Positions 28,689 to 39,023 of a stretch of DNA of 64,000 bases are shown one piece after another; the stretch's first letter is position 1; every line of letters starts with the position of its first letter. The stretch is from positions 233,787-297,786 of the IMG/VR virus record IMGVR_UViG_3300015214_000024. The stretch is one strand, 5' to 3'. The stretch comes from a virus. Taxonomy: Duplodnaviria > Heunggongvirae > Uroviricota > Caudoviricetes. Below the pieces are notes generated by a model. The model searched no databases. It saw nothing but the letters and a program-made list of their open reading frames with translations, and was not told where the DNA came from. Both the position numbers and the translations under genes were made by a program.

Positions 28689-28848
28689 ATAAGGTTGGCG
28701 AGGCTACGCCGTAGACCGGCAACCCTTAAATATCTGGCCGGTCGACCAATAGCATTTTATGGTATTGCTAGTAGGATCAGATGTTGCCTTATTTTATAAG
28801 GATAAATAATGTATGAAAAAAGGTCCATACGATTTATTTTAACTAATT

Positions 28849-28920
28849 GCCTCGGTGGCAGAGTGGCTTATGCGCTTGGCTGCAACCCAAGTTACGTCGG
28901 TTCAATTCCGGCCCGGGGCT
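28849..28920 (+). tRNA. tRNA-Cys(GCA)
   Basis: GCCTCGG/CCGGGGC-T; CTTGG-CTGCAAC-CCAAG. Confidence 0.9.
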
Positions 28921-28924
28921 CAAA

Positions 28925-29180
28925 TACTCAAGTGATCATTTTCGGATCACGGATCATCGCCGATGACTTGAACCACCTACCAATCCTTATTAATAGGGGC
29001 AACTGTGTAGAAGTTATGCGATATCTGGATAGTCTCCTGCGTGGATGCAGCCTGAAGTAGGGAGATGAAGGCAAGCAGATTATCATTAATTTGCCCAAGT
29101 TCCGGTTGCAGAGGGTGTGGACCCACAGAGAGGTGAAATTCTTTTAGGGGGCGAGCTTGAGCGTCCCCCTATTCTCTTTT
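28925..29180 (+). ncRNA. Putative structured RNA ending in an intrinsic terminator
   Basis: GC-rich, no credible ORF, multiple hairpins; TAGGGGGCG...CGTCCCCCTA followed by T-rich tract. Confidence 0.45.
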
Positions 29181-29193
29181 AAAGAAAGACTAA

Positions 29194-29793
29194 ATGAGAC
29201 CTATTCCTGTTTCGCGTCGCCGCGCACTTTTCAATGCATCACCAAATCAATTAATTCGTGTCTATTCACGTCAACATAAAGACGCCTGGTCTAAAGCTCA
29301 AGATATTGGCTATTTTACTGGGGATCACGGAATCTTAGATATTGACGAAGAAACCGGAATTGATTTCACTTATCATAAGCCTTATGATTGGATGAAAGAC
29401 CAGATGGCTAAAGTCATCCCTGATTTCTCAGGAGAACGCCCAGTTTGGGCGTATTTGAAACGGCCTTTACATAAAGGATGGTGGAAGCTTCGACCAGATT
29501 TTATTCAATTTACAGCATTGGTGCCAAGAAAGCGTATTCTTTTTTCAGATTATGAGCTTTGGCACCATCCGTTAAATAATTGGCCTATTTTTGAAACTGA
29601 ACAAGAAGATGATGAGTGGTGGGACAAAAAGCCGAGACCTGATCCATCATACACTTGGCACAAGTGTTTGGATATAAGTCAGGAACAAAATTACAAAAAT
29701 AGCTATTGTGGATATACTGATCTAATCCAAGGCTGTATTGATCGTCTGTATGTTGATGAAATCGTTTCTATCAAATATAATAAATTGACTTAA
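29194..29793 (+). CDS. DUF3841-like protein
   Basis: YDWMKDQM...PVWA...ILFSDYELWHHPLN...IQG. Confidence 0.75.
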   Translation: MRPIPVSRRRALFNASPNQLIRVYSRQHKDAWSKAQDIGYFTGDHGILDIDEETGIDFTYHKPYDWMKDQMAKVIPDFSGERPVWAYLKRPLHKGWWKLRPDFIQFTALVPRKRILFSDYELWHHPLNNWPIFETEQEDDEWWDKKPRPDPSYTWHKCLDISQEQNYKNSYCGYTDLIQGCIDRLYVDEIVSIKYNKLT

Positions 29794-29844
29794 ACATTTA
29801 TTTTTTGTATTCTTTATTAAAGAACAAAGAAAGTAAATGGTAAG

Positions 29845-30297
29845 ATGTCACTATTGTTTAGTATTCCTGGAATTATAGCTCTGGTGGTGCTATTTTGGCA
29901 ACATCGTATAGATTTAGTTTATTTCGTTAAGAGCAAAATAGATGATATAAATTATTTTCTTAAATCGCAACTGGGTCAATTTTACACAATTGACCAAGCG
30001 GTATTTAGACCATTTCTTTATTATACTTCGGCGAATTTTTCATCATTCACATCATCGGCTGCGTCTATCACTAGCACACTTTATGGATTGAATTCGTCCA
30101 TATCTAATAGTACAATTAGTGCAACCAATGGTACTGATTTAATTTTAAGTAATTCAAATCACCAAGTAACAGTTACACAGCTTGCTAAAGCAATTAATGA
30201 ACTTCAAATGGTTCGTCAAGAATTATGTGAAATGAAGGTTAAATATCATACCCGGTTACACCAATTGGAACAAATAATTCAGGAGAAAGAAAAATGA
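29845..30297 (+). CDS. Membrane-anchored coiled-coil protein
   Basis: N-terminal TM; Ser/Thr linker; C-terminal heptads. Confidence 0.55.
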   Translation: MSLLFSIPGIIALVVLFWQHRIDLVYFVKSKIDDINYFLKSQLGQFYTIDQAVFRPFLYYTSANFSSFTSSAASITSTLYGLNSSISNSTISATNGTDLILSNSNHQVTVTQLAKAINELQMVRQELCEMKVKYHTRLHQLEQIIQEKEK

Positions 30298-30395
30298 CAT
30301 TGATTAGTTTTATTGCAGGTTTGCTTGTTGGATGGAATTTCCTCAAACAGCCACAATTTATTGCGGATTTCATTGCTTCACGTTTGAAGAAATGA
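30294..30395 (+). CDS. 33-aa membrane peptide MTLISFIAGLLVGWNFLKQP..., not in ORF track
   Basis: AGGAG RBS; ATGA overlaps at both ends. Confidence 0.6.
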   Translation: MTLISFIAGLLVGWNFLKQPQFIADFIASRLKK

Positions 30396-30697
30396 TTAAT
30401 TTTATCTCAAAGCGTCGTAAATGGCGCTTTTTGAAGCTCGGACACATTAAATATGGGTCCGAGTTTCATACTTTAGTTGCTAATAATCTTGAAAAGCAAG
30501 AAATCGACCAACTTCTTTATAAATCGTCAATCAACACCAATTTAGTCCATAGTGTTAAACAGGTCAAATACATTTTTCCTGATAAGTTAACCGAAGATGA
30601 AATTTCTACAAAAACGGTAGATATTGAGTTAGAAGAAACTTGGACGATTTTTTTCTTCGATGAGCTTGATTGGACGCAAATTCAAATACTTAGATAA
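30392..30697 (+). CDS. Hypothetical protein, C-terminal-motif family
   Basis: Ends FFDELDWTQIQILR. Confidence 0.6.
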   Translation: MINFISKRRKWRFLKLGHIKYGSEFHTLVANNLEKQEIDQLLYKSSINTNLVHSVKQVKYIFPDKLTEDEISTKTVDIELEETWTIFFFDELDWTQIQILR

Positions 30698-30810
30698 AAT
30701 AGTGACCTATTAAATCTGTTGACTTTAACAAGTCAGTCGTGTTATAACAGCCAAACTAAGGCTAATACCAGAAAAAGGTTTTAGGTCGCATTATATTATA
30801 TGTTAAGGAT

Positions 30811-31404
30811 TTGAACCGAATGAAAAGAACTTTTTTCGTAATACAGAATAGCGCTGATCCAAATATTTTTTATAAGGAGAAGCGAGGCTCTTGGACCACA
30901 AATCACGGTCACGCTGCAACTTTAGTTGAAACAACTTTCAAAGATGCCAAAAAATTTAAAAGTATTAAAGAAATTCACAATTCGTTAGAAAAATATTTCA
31001 ATAATAAACTCAAGGGTCACATATCTGACCTAAGTTCTGGATTTAAAATAATCCGCCACACGGAAGAAGTGATTGTTTCTTCTAAAGAAGAAGCCTTGAC
31101 TGATGAAACATCAGCATTGATTAATGATGTGGTTTCAGTGTCAAAAATGGTCAAAGATACCCACTATTCAACCATAGAACTTTTTAATAAGATTAGAAAA
31201 GATCCAAACCTTTCCGAATACAAATATATCTTATCCACTCCATATGATAGGCTTTCAACAAGCCAACTGATGGTATTATTTGAATCTCACGAACTTAACC
31301 CTATCAAATACAAGGGAAATTTTGCTTTTGATAAGGAAGAATATTGGACCGCAGCAAAATTACTTTGTGACGTTCCATTTAAATCTTTTAATTTGACAGA
31401 ATAG
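30811..31404 (+). CDS. Hypothetical protein, C-terminal-motif family
   Basis: FAFDKEEYWTAAKLL near C-terminus. Confidence 0.65.
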   Translation: MNRMKRTFFVIQNSADPNIFYKEKRGSWTTNHGHAATLVETTFKDAKKFKSIKEIHNSLEKYFNNKLKGHISDLSSGFKIIRHTEEVIVSSKEEALTDETSALINDVVSVSKMVKDTHYSTIELFNKIRKDPNLSEYKYILSTPYDRLSTSQLMVLFESHELNPIKYKGNFAFDKEEYWTAAKLLCDVPFKSFNLTE

Positions 31405-31542
31405 ATTATCTATGTTATAAATAGGACTGTAATAAAGAAAGACGTTATTCAATCAAAGCAGTAAGAGGAGCTCTTACCGACAAATTTATTATCAAATATA
31501 TTTGCCTCTAAGTCTCCTCCTTTTAATTAAGGAGAAAATACT

Positions 31543-32421
31543 ATGGGATATTCACGTTGGAATGCTGATGATTACACCAGCTATTCAAGCACAGTTGCTA
31601 CTAAATCAACAGCTCAAATCTTCACATCAAATCGGATAGATGAGGCGCTCGATCCTCGTCATATTACAGTTAGGGAAAGCCGTGACTCGGTGCAAAACCC
31701 TAATGCTACACCAATTATCATCGCCAGCGATGTTACTGGATCAATGGGTATGATTTCAGATCATATCGTCCGTTCTGGACTTGGAACCCTTGTTGGAGAA
31801 ATTATCAATCGTCAACCAGTCCAAGATCCGCAAATTTGTTGTATGGCTATTGGTGATATTTTTTATGACCGGGCACCACTACAGGTAACTCAATTTGAAC
31901 CTGATGTAGGAATTACCTCACAGCTTGAAAAGATGTTTCTCGAAGGCGGCGGTGGTGGCAATCGCAGCGAATCATATCAACTTCCTTGGTATTTTGCAAC
32001 TTTCCATACAGCCACAGATCATAATGAACTTCGTGGCGAAAAGGGCTATCTTTTTACCATTGGTGATGAAGAAGTGCCGCCAACTTTGGAAGCTGCACAA
32101 CTTGCACGTATCGGAATCACTGCTCAGAAGGACTATACGACTGAAGAGCTTTATGAAATGGTTAGCGAAAAGTATCACACTTTCCACATTATTGTTGAAC
32201 AGGGTAACCATATGCATTATCGTCCGACACAAGTTCGTGAAAGCTGGAAAGCTTTGATGGGCGATCACGCAATTTTGTTGAGTGATTACACTAAGCTTTC
32301 AGAAGTGGTAGTTTCTGTAATTCAGATTAATGAAGGCGCGGATCGTCATACTGTTATCAATTCTTGGGATGCTGCTACTCAACCGGTAGTTGCTCGAGCA
32401 GTTAATGGAATCCAGCTCTAA
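31543..32421 (+). CDS. von Willebrand factor A (MIDAS) domain protein
   Basis: IIIASDVTGSMG, EGGGGGN..ESY, LFTIGDE. Confidence 0.85.
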   Translation: MGYSRWNADDYTSYSSTVATKSTAQIFTSNRIDEALDPRHITVRESRDSVQNPNATPIIIASDVTGSMGMISDHIVRSGLGTLVGEIINRQPVQDPQICCMAIGDIFYDRAPLQVTQFEPDVGITSQLEKMFLEGGGGGNRSESYQLPWYFATFHTATDHNELRGEKGYLFTIGDEEVPPTLEAAQLARIGITAQKDYTTEELYEMVSEKYHTFHIIVEQGNHMHYRPTQVRESWKALMGDHAILLSDYTKLSEVVVSVIQINEGADRHTVINSWDAATQPVVARAVNGIQL

Positions 32422-32436
32422 GCGGGAGATTGAAAA

Positions 32437-32949
32437 ATGAAAGCATCAGTGGTCATTGGTTCGCCATTCAGTCATCCGATCAGTGTATATCAAGATTTAA
32501 TTCATTTCCAAACCAAGTTGATCGAAACTATTCAACTTGGTTTGGATGACCAAACTTTTAACTCTTATAGAGTATTGGTTTCATCTGGAAATAATGATGA
32601 TTTTTATAAACAACATCATAAAAACGTTGATTGGACTAAACTCGAGCATTATAGTAATTTATTAGTTGATTGTATATTAGATAGCTTTGCTATTGAAAAG
32701 GAAATAAACGCAAATAGAAATCTAATTACAGATGAAATTTCTAAATCTATTTTGAACAAATCCTATCTCAATGTTTTAGATGCTAATTGGCTTTCAGCTC
32801 AATTTGATTCTGTAATAGCTCACGCTATTATTAGATTTATGGGTAAACAAAAATATATTCAGTTAGCCGTTCATAGTAAAAGATTTCCTGAGCTTGCTAC
32901 CATATTAATTGATGTTATAAAAGAAAGCAACAAAAAAGCTGGTCTATAA
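32437..32949 (+). CDS. Hypothetical protein whose first 8 aa resemble the PurA-like N-terminus
   Basis: MKASVVIG versus MKASVVVG at 34020. Confidence 0.6.
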   Translation: MKASVVIGSPFSHPISVYQDLIHFQTKLIETIQLGLDDQTFNSYRVLVSSGNNDDFYKQHHKNVDWTKLEHYSNLLVDCILDSFAIEKEINANRNLITDEISKSILNKSYLNVLDANWLSAQFDSVIAHAIIRFMGKQKYIQLAVHSKRFPELATILIDVIKESNKKAGL

Positions 32950-33948
32950 TTTTCTACCAATAATCCATCCGTTAGATTGATAGATATCAACCTGGTCTAA
33001 TAAAATTTGCCGAGTTTCCTTAGTACCAATACGTGTCATCCATCTAACAGATGGGCGTTTCTTTTTATTTTTTCTACCTGGAAGCCTGCCACTAACCCAT
33101 CCTAAATCAATATAATGTTGAATTTCATTTTCTGGAAGAGCTTTGGATTTACCGTCCGATGGATTATGATACCATTTCCTTCCAGATATTTTATCAGAAA
33201 TTTTCTTCCTAATTTCAGGATTTTCCATAACTTTTTTCTGTGTTTCAGACATTGCTTTTATATAGTCCGGTTTTTCCTGTATCATTTTCTTTCGACCAAT
33301 AGACATATTTTTACGAGCATTAATTGACCGTTTAACGCCAGTTTTTTTATCACGGTATTCTTGGCGTTGCCAAACTTCTTTACCTTTTTCACTTTTTTGC
33401 TTGCGTTTTTCTTCCGAACGTTCAACTTCAGCAATTTTAGCAGTTTGGCTTTCACGATATTCTGGATCTTGCCATTTCTTTCTCATTTCTTCAGAACGTT
33501 GGGTCTTTAATTCATCAGTCCAAGAATTTTTAACAATAGTTGACAGCTTTTGCTTAGTTTCTTGACTCAAGCAATCTGATTCAAATGACGATGTATAGCG
33601 TGTATTAGTTAGTGGTCCTCTTGGCAAGACATCAATTTCAACTATAGTTCCAATTTTTTTCATTATTTCAGCTTCAAGCTTTTTAGCTTCATATTCAGAA
33701 ATATTTTCTTTTATTTTTACAATTATAGGGTCAAACCCCTCACTGATAATTTTTCTGATTTTTGTAGCTTTGATGGTTTGTGTTTTATCTTTTAGATGTT
33801 TAAGATACCGATTTCCTTGACCCTTGCCAACATAGATAGGCTCAAAGTTAAAAATCAAATCTTCATACATATATGACCCAGGTTTTCTTGGATCAAAATA
33901 TATATATGTATAAAAATTTTCCATAAACATCTCCAAAATTTCAACCAA
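32944..33948 (-). mobile_element. Free-standing GIY-YIG-like homing endonuclease
   Basis: FYTYIYFDPRKPG...IYVGKGQGNR; NUMOD-type repeats; GWxxGR modules. Confidence 0.82.
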
Positions 33949-34019
33949 TTACTACACTATTTAGTATTGACTGTCAATATTTGATATGTTATGAATGGGT
34001 TGTTAAAAGGAGATATATC

Positions 34020-35234
34020 GTGAAAGCAAGTGTAGTGGTGGGTGCGAATTTTGGCGACTGTGGCAAGGGGCTAGTTACTAATTGGTTATCTGATGATGAT
34101 ACTACGGTAATTAGGTTCAATGGCGGCGCACAGGCTGGTCATACAGTTCAGTCCGAAGATGGCCACCGACACGTTTTCAGTCACATTGGTGCTGGTTCGT
34201 TTAAGGGTGCTAAAACTTGGTTGGGTGAGGAATTTGTCATCAATCCAGTAATTTTTCGCAAAGAAATGGATGAATATTCAAAATTGCCCTTTGGTAAGCC
34301 TGATATTTGGTATGATTACAGATGTAGGTTTACCACCCCTTGGGATATGGTAATAAACCAAGAATTAGAAATGAAACGAGCAGATAGCCGCCACGGCTCA
34401 GTTGGCCTTGGCTTTGGAGAGACTATTGAGCGATATGAACAGCTCGGTCTAACCTTAGCTATCGACAAAGTCCAAGAATGTAAAGACGATTTCGTTAAAT
34501 TTATGGTAGACAAATGGGTACCGGCTCGGGCTAAAGATCTTGGTATTGAGAGCAGGATTGATTACATACAAGATACGTTTTCAAATAAGCGATTTGTTGA
34601 CAAATATTTTGAAGATATTGATTTCTTTTTGCAAAATGCAAAGTCATCTGGAGTTAGAAATCCAACAAACGATTTGACTTTTATGGTTGGTAAGCGATCT
34701 AAAAATATTGTTTTTGAAGGGGCACAAGGCCTTTTACTTGATCAACATTATGGCAAATTTCCACACGTCACTCGGTCAAATACTGGGTTGATGAATATTG
34801 ATAAGCTTGCCAAACTTAACCATATCACATCGCTCAATATGTATTATGTTACCCGCTGTTATTTGACTCGTCACGGTGCTGGCCCACTGGAAAATGAACT
34901 TGATCAAGCACCTGTTGAGCATTTTTCAGACAAGACTAACCGTCCTAATCCATTCCAGGGATCTTTGCGTTTTGCACCCTTGAACTTGAATAAATTACGC
35001 GAGCGTATTGATCGAGATTTGCGGTTCTCCAATTTGACAAAGCAACTTAATCTTGTTATTACTTGTATGGATCAGATTGGTGACGATAACCGAATACCAG
35101 TCATAATCAATGGAGAAATCCAGGAACTATTGAATTATGAATTGATGGGTGAACTTATGTGTTTCTTCCCAGAATTTAATTTAATGATTTGCTCAGATCC
35201 AACTGGAAAAACTATAAGGGATTGGTTTTCGTGA
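34020..35234 (+). CDS. purA: Adenylosuccinate synthetase-like protein
   Basis: GANFGDCGKG, RFNGGAQAGHTV, FEGAQGLLLD, HVTRSNTG, TRHGAGP. Confidence 0.88.
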   Translation: MKASVVVGANFGDCGKGLVTNWLSDDDTTVIRFNGGAQAGHTVQSEDGHRHVFSHIGAGSFKGAKTWLGEEFVINPVIFRKEMDEYSKLPFGKPDIWYDYRCRFTTPWDMVINQELEMKRADSRHGSVGLGFGETIERYEQLGLTLAIDKVQECKDDFVKFMVDKWVPARAKDLGIESRIDYIQDTFSNKRFVDKYFEDIDFFLQNAKSSGVRNPTNDLTFMVGKRSKNIVFEGAQGLLLDQHYGKFPHVTRSNTGLMNIDKLAKLNHITSLNMYYVTRCYLTRHGAGPLENELDQAPVEHFSDKTNRPNPFQGSLRFAPLNLNKLRERIDRDLRFSNLTKQLNLVITCMDQIGDDNRIPVIINGEIQELLNYELMGELMCFFPEFNLMICSDPTGKTIRDWFS

Positions 35235-35509
35235 AATTTGAAATTACACCAGAGCAATATGCTCGAGCTATGAAATGGATTTCTGAAGAAATTTATCCAG
35301 AGATAGTAGCTCTTCAGAAAGAAACTATTAAGGATCCAACATCAATTCATACCGCGTGTTGGGAGGCTGGTTATCCTTATGAAGGAGCGATCGGCGGCGG
35401 AATCACTTATGAGTTCACGCCTACCAGCTTAGGGATTGTAGAAAAAGTAAAATATACTACTTATAGCAAGGTTTTTGAGTTGGATTTGACTAACTATTCT
35501 GATTGGTAA
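35231..35509 (+). CDS. Hypothetical phage protein
   Basis: GAIGGGITYEFTPTSLG...DLTNYSDW. Confidence 0.75.
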   Translation: MKFEITPEQYARAMKWISEEIYPEIVALQKETIKDPTSIHTACWEAGYPYEGAIGGGITYEFTPTSLGIVEKVKYTTYSKVFELDLTNYSDW

Positions 35510-36309
35510 TCTTTAATCCAAATCCAGCCTTGTGGGATCACATCTGAAGCTTTGAAATATTTTCTAACTAACGTTTCTGTATTGATATACAGTTTAGTGT
35601 TTTTCCGAGCTTCAGAATTCTTTTTATTCCATTCATCAGTCTTTTCGATTTTTTTCATTTTATTAATAAACTCTTTGGATCTTTTTAATCCAGTATTTGC
35701 TTTAGAGATTTTTTCACGTTGCTCTTTTGAAATGATTTTTCCTTTATGAGTTGATGATATTTTCTGTCTTGCTTCTTCTGTATGAGTTTTTCCATACATT
35801 ATATTTTTATTACCGGATCCAAAGACACCATTAGTTCTGCCAAGTTGATATCCATCAGGAATGGATTGTGGTTCTATATATAAATCTTGGATACCATTAG
35901 TAACCCATCGTTTACCTTTCTTTGTGTCAGATATTTTAATTTTCGTTTCATCTGAATGAGTTAAATTCCATTCTAAATGATGATTATAGCCATTTGATTT
36001 ATTAAGGAAATTTTTACTATTGGCAGCATCAATTCTTGATAAAAATTTATGCTCCCATAACAGAGCACTTTTAGGATCATTGAAAATTTTTCTAATGCTA
36101 ATGAAGTCGGGTTCCCCATTCAATAATCTAAATTGTTCTACTTCTTTAGATGATGTGAAATAACTGGTCCATAAATTTGACGGATGTGCTTTCTTCGTCA
36201 ATTGACCAATTTCAACACCATAATACCAAATATTATGAGCAGTCCATCCTATCATATAACAATATGGTTTATAATCGTTCATTTTTATTTCTCCTTTGTA
36301 TTTATACAC
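35494..36309 (-). mobile_element. Free-standing GIY-YIG-like homing endonuclease with NUMOD3
   Basis: PYCYMIGW...WYYG...YFTSS...FLNK; HTEEARQKIS; TATAAATA upstream. Confidence 0.82.
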
Positions 36310-36369
36310 AGATTATAAATCCTGGTAAGGTGCTTGACAGCCGTCTCATTGTGTTATATACAGTCTGGT

Positions 36370-36786
36370 ATGACGACATCATTCATATCCATAGAACTTG
36401 GTGATAGCCACTATTATTTCATTAGTGACGTTGTGGCTATACGACTTGGTGATTATGAGTCAATGTCAGCCGATCAAAAAAATAATATTTGTACGGCTAC
36501 CACTAAATTTGGTGAACCGGTTCCAGAATGCCTAATCACAAGATTTGATAAGACGCCTAACCAAAATTATTTTTATGGAAGGCTGAAAATATTCCCCAGC
36601 CAAAATTCTCCTTATAAGCGAAGCCTTACTAGGATTGTACCAGAGCTTGAACCATTTTACAGAAAAATACGACACCTGTGTGATCTTATTGACGTTAATG
36701 GGAAGGCATATATTACTATCAATCCATCAAATATTGATAATGAAGACCTTCAAACATTCATTTCTTATGTGCAGCTTACAAAATGA
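36370..36786 (+). CDS. Hypothetical protein, paralog of next gene
   Basis: LGDSHYYF / NEDLQTFISYVQLTK. Confidence 0.65.
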   Translation: MTTSFISIELGDSHYYFISDVVAIRLGDYESMSADQKNNICTATTKFGEPVPECLITRFDKTPNQNYFYGRLKIFPSQNSPYKRSLTRIVPELEPFYRKIRHLCDLIDVNGKAYITINPSNIDNEDLQTFISYVQLTK

Positions 36787-37235
36787 TGGACACTGGTGAA
36801 AAAAAGCATTTGCCATTAGGCGAAAATCACTTTTATTATTTGGATGACAAGAGTGAAATTGATCTCAATTTTTACTTAACTTGGTCTGACCAAATGAAAT
36901 CAGATGTGAAAGTGGCAAAATTTGGTGCTAAATGGGGTGCAGCCCCAACCCCTATTGATCTAATACATCATCCATCCGGGCACAAGACTTTTCAAGCAAT
37001 ACGCCGTGCTTGGCCGGATGGCAGAGAAGACGGATTTAAATTTATTGAATCTAGCTACAAGACAACTCAGTTGACTGACGATCTGGCCCAAATGATACGA
37101 GGTAAAAACTTCTTATATTACATTAAAGTTTTCGCCAATAAAAAAGATCATAGAGCATTTGTCATTTATCCGCCAGAATTGGAAGAAGACGAAGATTTTC
37201 AAGCCTTTATGACTTATATTAACTTGACGAGGTGA
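36783..37235 (+). CDS. Hypothetical protein, paralog of previous gene
   Basis: LGENHFYY / DEDFQAFMTYINLTR. Confidence 0.65.
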   Translation: MMDTGEKKHLPLGENHFYYLDDKSEIDLNFYLTWSDQMKSDVKVAKFGAKWGAAPTPIDLIHHPSGHKTFQAIRRAWPDGREDGFKFIESSYKTTQLTDDLAQMIRGKNFLYYIKVFANKKDHRAFVIYPPELEEDEDFQAFMTYINLTR

Positions 37236-37238
37236 ACT

Positions 37239-37607
37239 ATGGAAAAGTTTATTGTTCTTTTGAATAACACTGGCGATGTCTGCATTTCGTGGGACAAAGA
37301 TCAAGATCTTGAGTTGCTAACATATATTCAGAAAAAAATCGACGCAGGATATATTTTCTTTGTTACTGATCGTACTTTTTTTAATTTGGTAAAACGCAAA
37401 AAAGCAATTAAATCAGTGAATGAAATCGGTAAAGATCGAAAAGTTTATCTGGATGATGCTGACGCAGAACAATTAGCAGCTGATAATAAGATCACTATTT
37501 CAAAAATTGAAACTGACCAGGTGAACACTATCAGCAAAGCAAAGACTGCACAAGATGTCGTCAGTGCTGGCGCTGCCGTGGCAGTAAGGCCTGCCAAGGG
37601 AGGATAA
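37239..37607 (+). CDS. Hypothetical protein ending in di-Gly
   Basis: GAGG RBS; C-terminus VRPAKGG. Confidence 0.7.
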   Translation: MEKFIVLLNNTGDVCISWDKDQDLELLTYIQKKIDAGYIFFVTDRTFFNLVKRKKAIKSVNEIGKDRKVYLDDADAEQLAADNKITISKIETDQVNTISKAKTAQDVVSAGAAVAVRPAKGG

Positions 37608-37608
37608 C

Positions 37609-39015
37609 TTGCCCGGTTGTGCCGAAACTCAATATATTTTTGATTCAAGTTTTGAATTAGGCTATATTACTGCTGATGTGTACGATTGGCTATACGATCT
37701 TGATTTCAATTTAGATCGATTAGTTGATTATAGTAATGGTGATATCACTATGGAAGAACTTCGAGCAGAAATTCGCGAAGCGAATATTCGAGACTTCTAT
37801 TATGACAATAATCAGCAAGTTGATTTACAGACAATCGTTACTGACCATTTCGATGAAAACTACAATCATCTTAGCTTAGTTGAACAATGCTTCTATGATC
37901 TTCAGATTATGTTTGGTAGCAATGATCAGCCTGAAAGTATGAAGCACGCTCTTGCTCGTAGAATATCAGACTGTTATTTTGGTAATAGATTTCATCCACC
38001 AATCAAACGTATCACCAATGAGAACGATTTGAGTGATCGATCTTTCCATTTGGAAATTATGCGCAACGATTTGACCATTTCAAAATGGACCAAGCGTATG
38101 AAAGATCGCCGCCATCAGTCTATCAGAAATCTATCCAAAGTTGACGTTGGTGAACTTCGCGAATTTATGATGATGAAACTACAACAGCGCGAAGAGCGTT
38201 TTCGAGCACACGCGCAAATGATGGCGAATTTACGCTTTGATGGAGATCAAGTAGTATTAGAAACTGGCGACAGTGATTATAGTCTATTCCCTGACCGCGC
38301 AGGCCAGGTAAAAAAGCAATATAGGAATAAATTTAGCAAGAAAAATAAAAAGAATGCTAGAAAGGCTATATCTAGGGCAGTTGAATTATTTGGTAAATTC
38401 TTTGATAAAAAAGATATTGAAGGATTTATTAAAGGATATGAATATATCGTAGAGGGCGATAAATTTAATTATCGTTTGACTAAAACTGATAGGACCAATT
38501 TGCTGTTGAATACTATCAATCCTTATAATGTTCATATTCCATATGATTTGGAAATTACTGATAAAAATAATATTGTCTTGGCCAAAGCTTGCTATTTGTT
38601 TGAAGACACGCCAATTATTGACCAAATCATTGCATTTACTATGATGATTAAGAGTGGTAATGAAAATGATTTTATTCAAAAGGCTAATTTGTTTTCCACA
38701 ACTGGTTCATATAAAGGATCAGAGTTACAGCAGGTTAAACAATCCCTAACTCCGACTCGGTTTGGTGATGATATGGATATCCTAAGTCTTGCAATGGAAA
38801 ATCACGCATTAACCGCATTAGGTGATACCCGAGAGCATCAAATTTGGACCAATAGAATCAATGATTCATTAGATCCTGTTTTTGCTGAGCAGATTGGGAT
38901 GAATATTGAAGAATGGAACCTTCTTTGTTATCCTAATGAAAATTTTGGAGCAATGATGGATCATCCATCATTGATAGCACCGCAGATTAGGTTATTGACA
39001 AATAAGTCATCCTAA
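37609..39015 (+). CDS. Hypothetical protein
   Basis: 468-aa ORF; GGAGG RBS; TTG start. Confidence 0.75.
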   Translation: MPGCAETQYIFDSSFELGYITADVYDWLYDLDFNLDRLVDYSNGDITMEELRAEIREANIRDFYYDNNQQVDLQTIVTDHFDENYNHLSLVEQCFYDLQIMFGSNDQPESMKHALARRISDCYFGNRFHPPIKRITNENDLSDRSFHLEIMRNDLTISKWTKRMKDRRHQSIRNLSKVDVGELREFMMMKLQQREERFRAHAQMMANLRFDGDQVVLETGDSDYSLFPDRAGQVKKQYRNKFSKKNKKNARKAISRAVELFGKFFDKKDIEGFIKGYEYIVEGDKFNYRLTKTDRTNLLLNTINPYNVHIPYDLEITDKNNIVLAKACYLFEDTPIIDQIIAFTMMIKSGNENDFIQKANLFSTTGSYKGSELQQVKQSLTPTRFGDDMDILSLAMENHALTALGDTREHQIWTNRINDSLDPVFAEQIGMNIEEWNLLCYPNENFGAMMDHPSLIAPQIRLLTNKSS

Positions 39016-39023
39016 TTTATAGT

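Noticed and set aside
28809-29060. 83-aa ORF from the track
   Set aside because: Runs through tRNA-Cys and a structured RNA; likely spurious
34020-35234. PurZ / Z-genome
   Set aside because: Keeps the PurA-type Asp (GDCGKG) rather than the PurZ Ser (GSxGKG)
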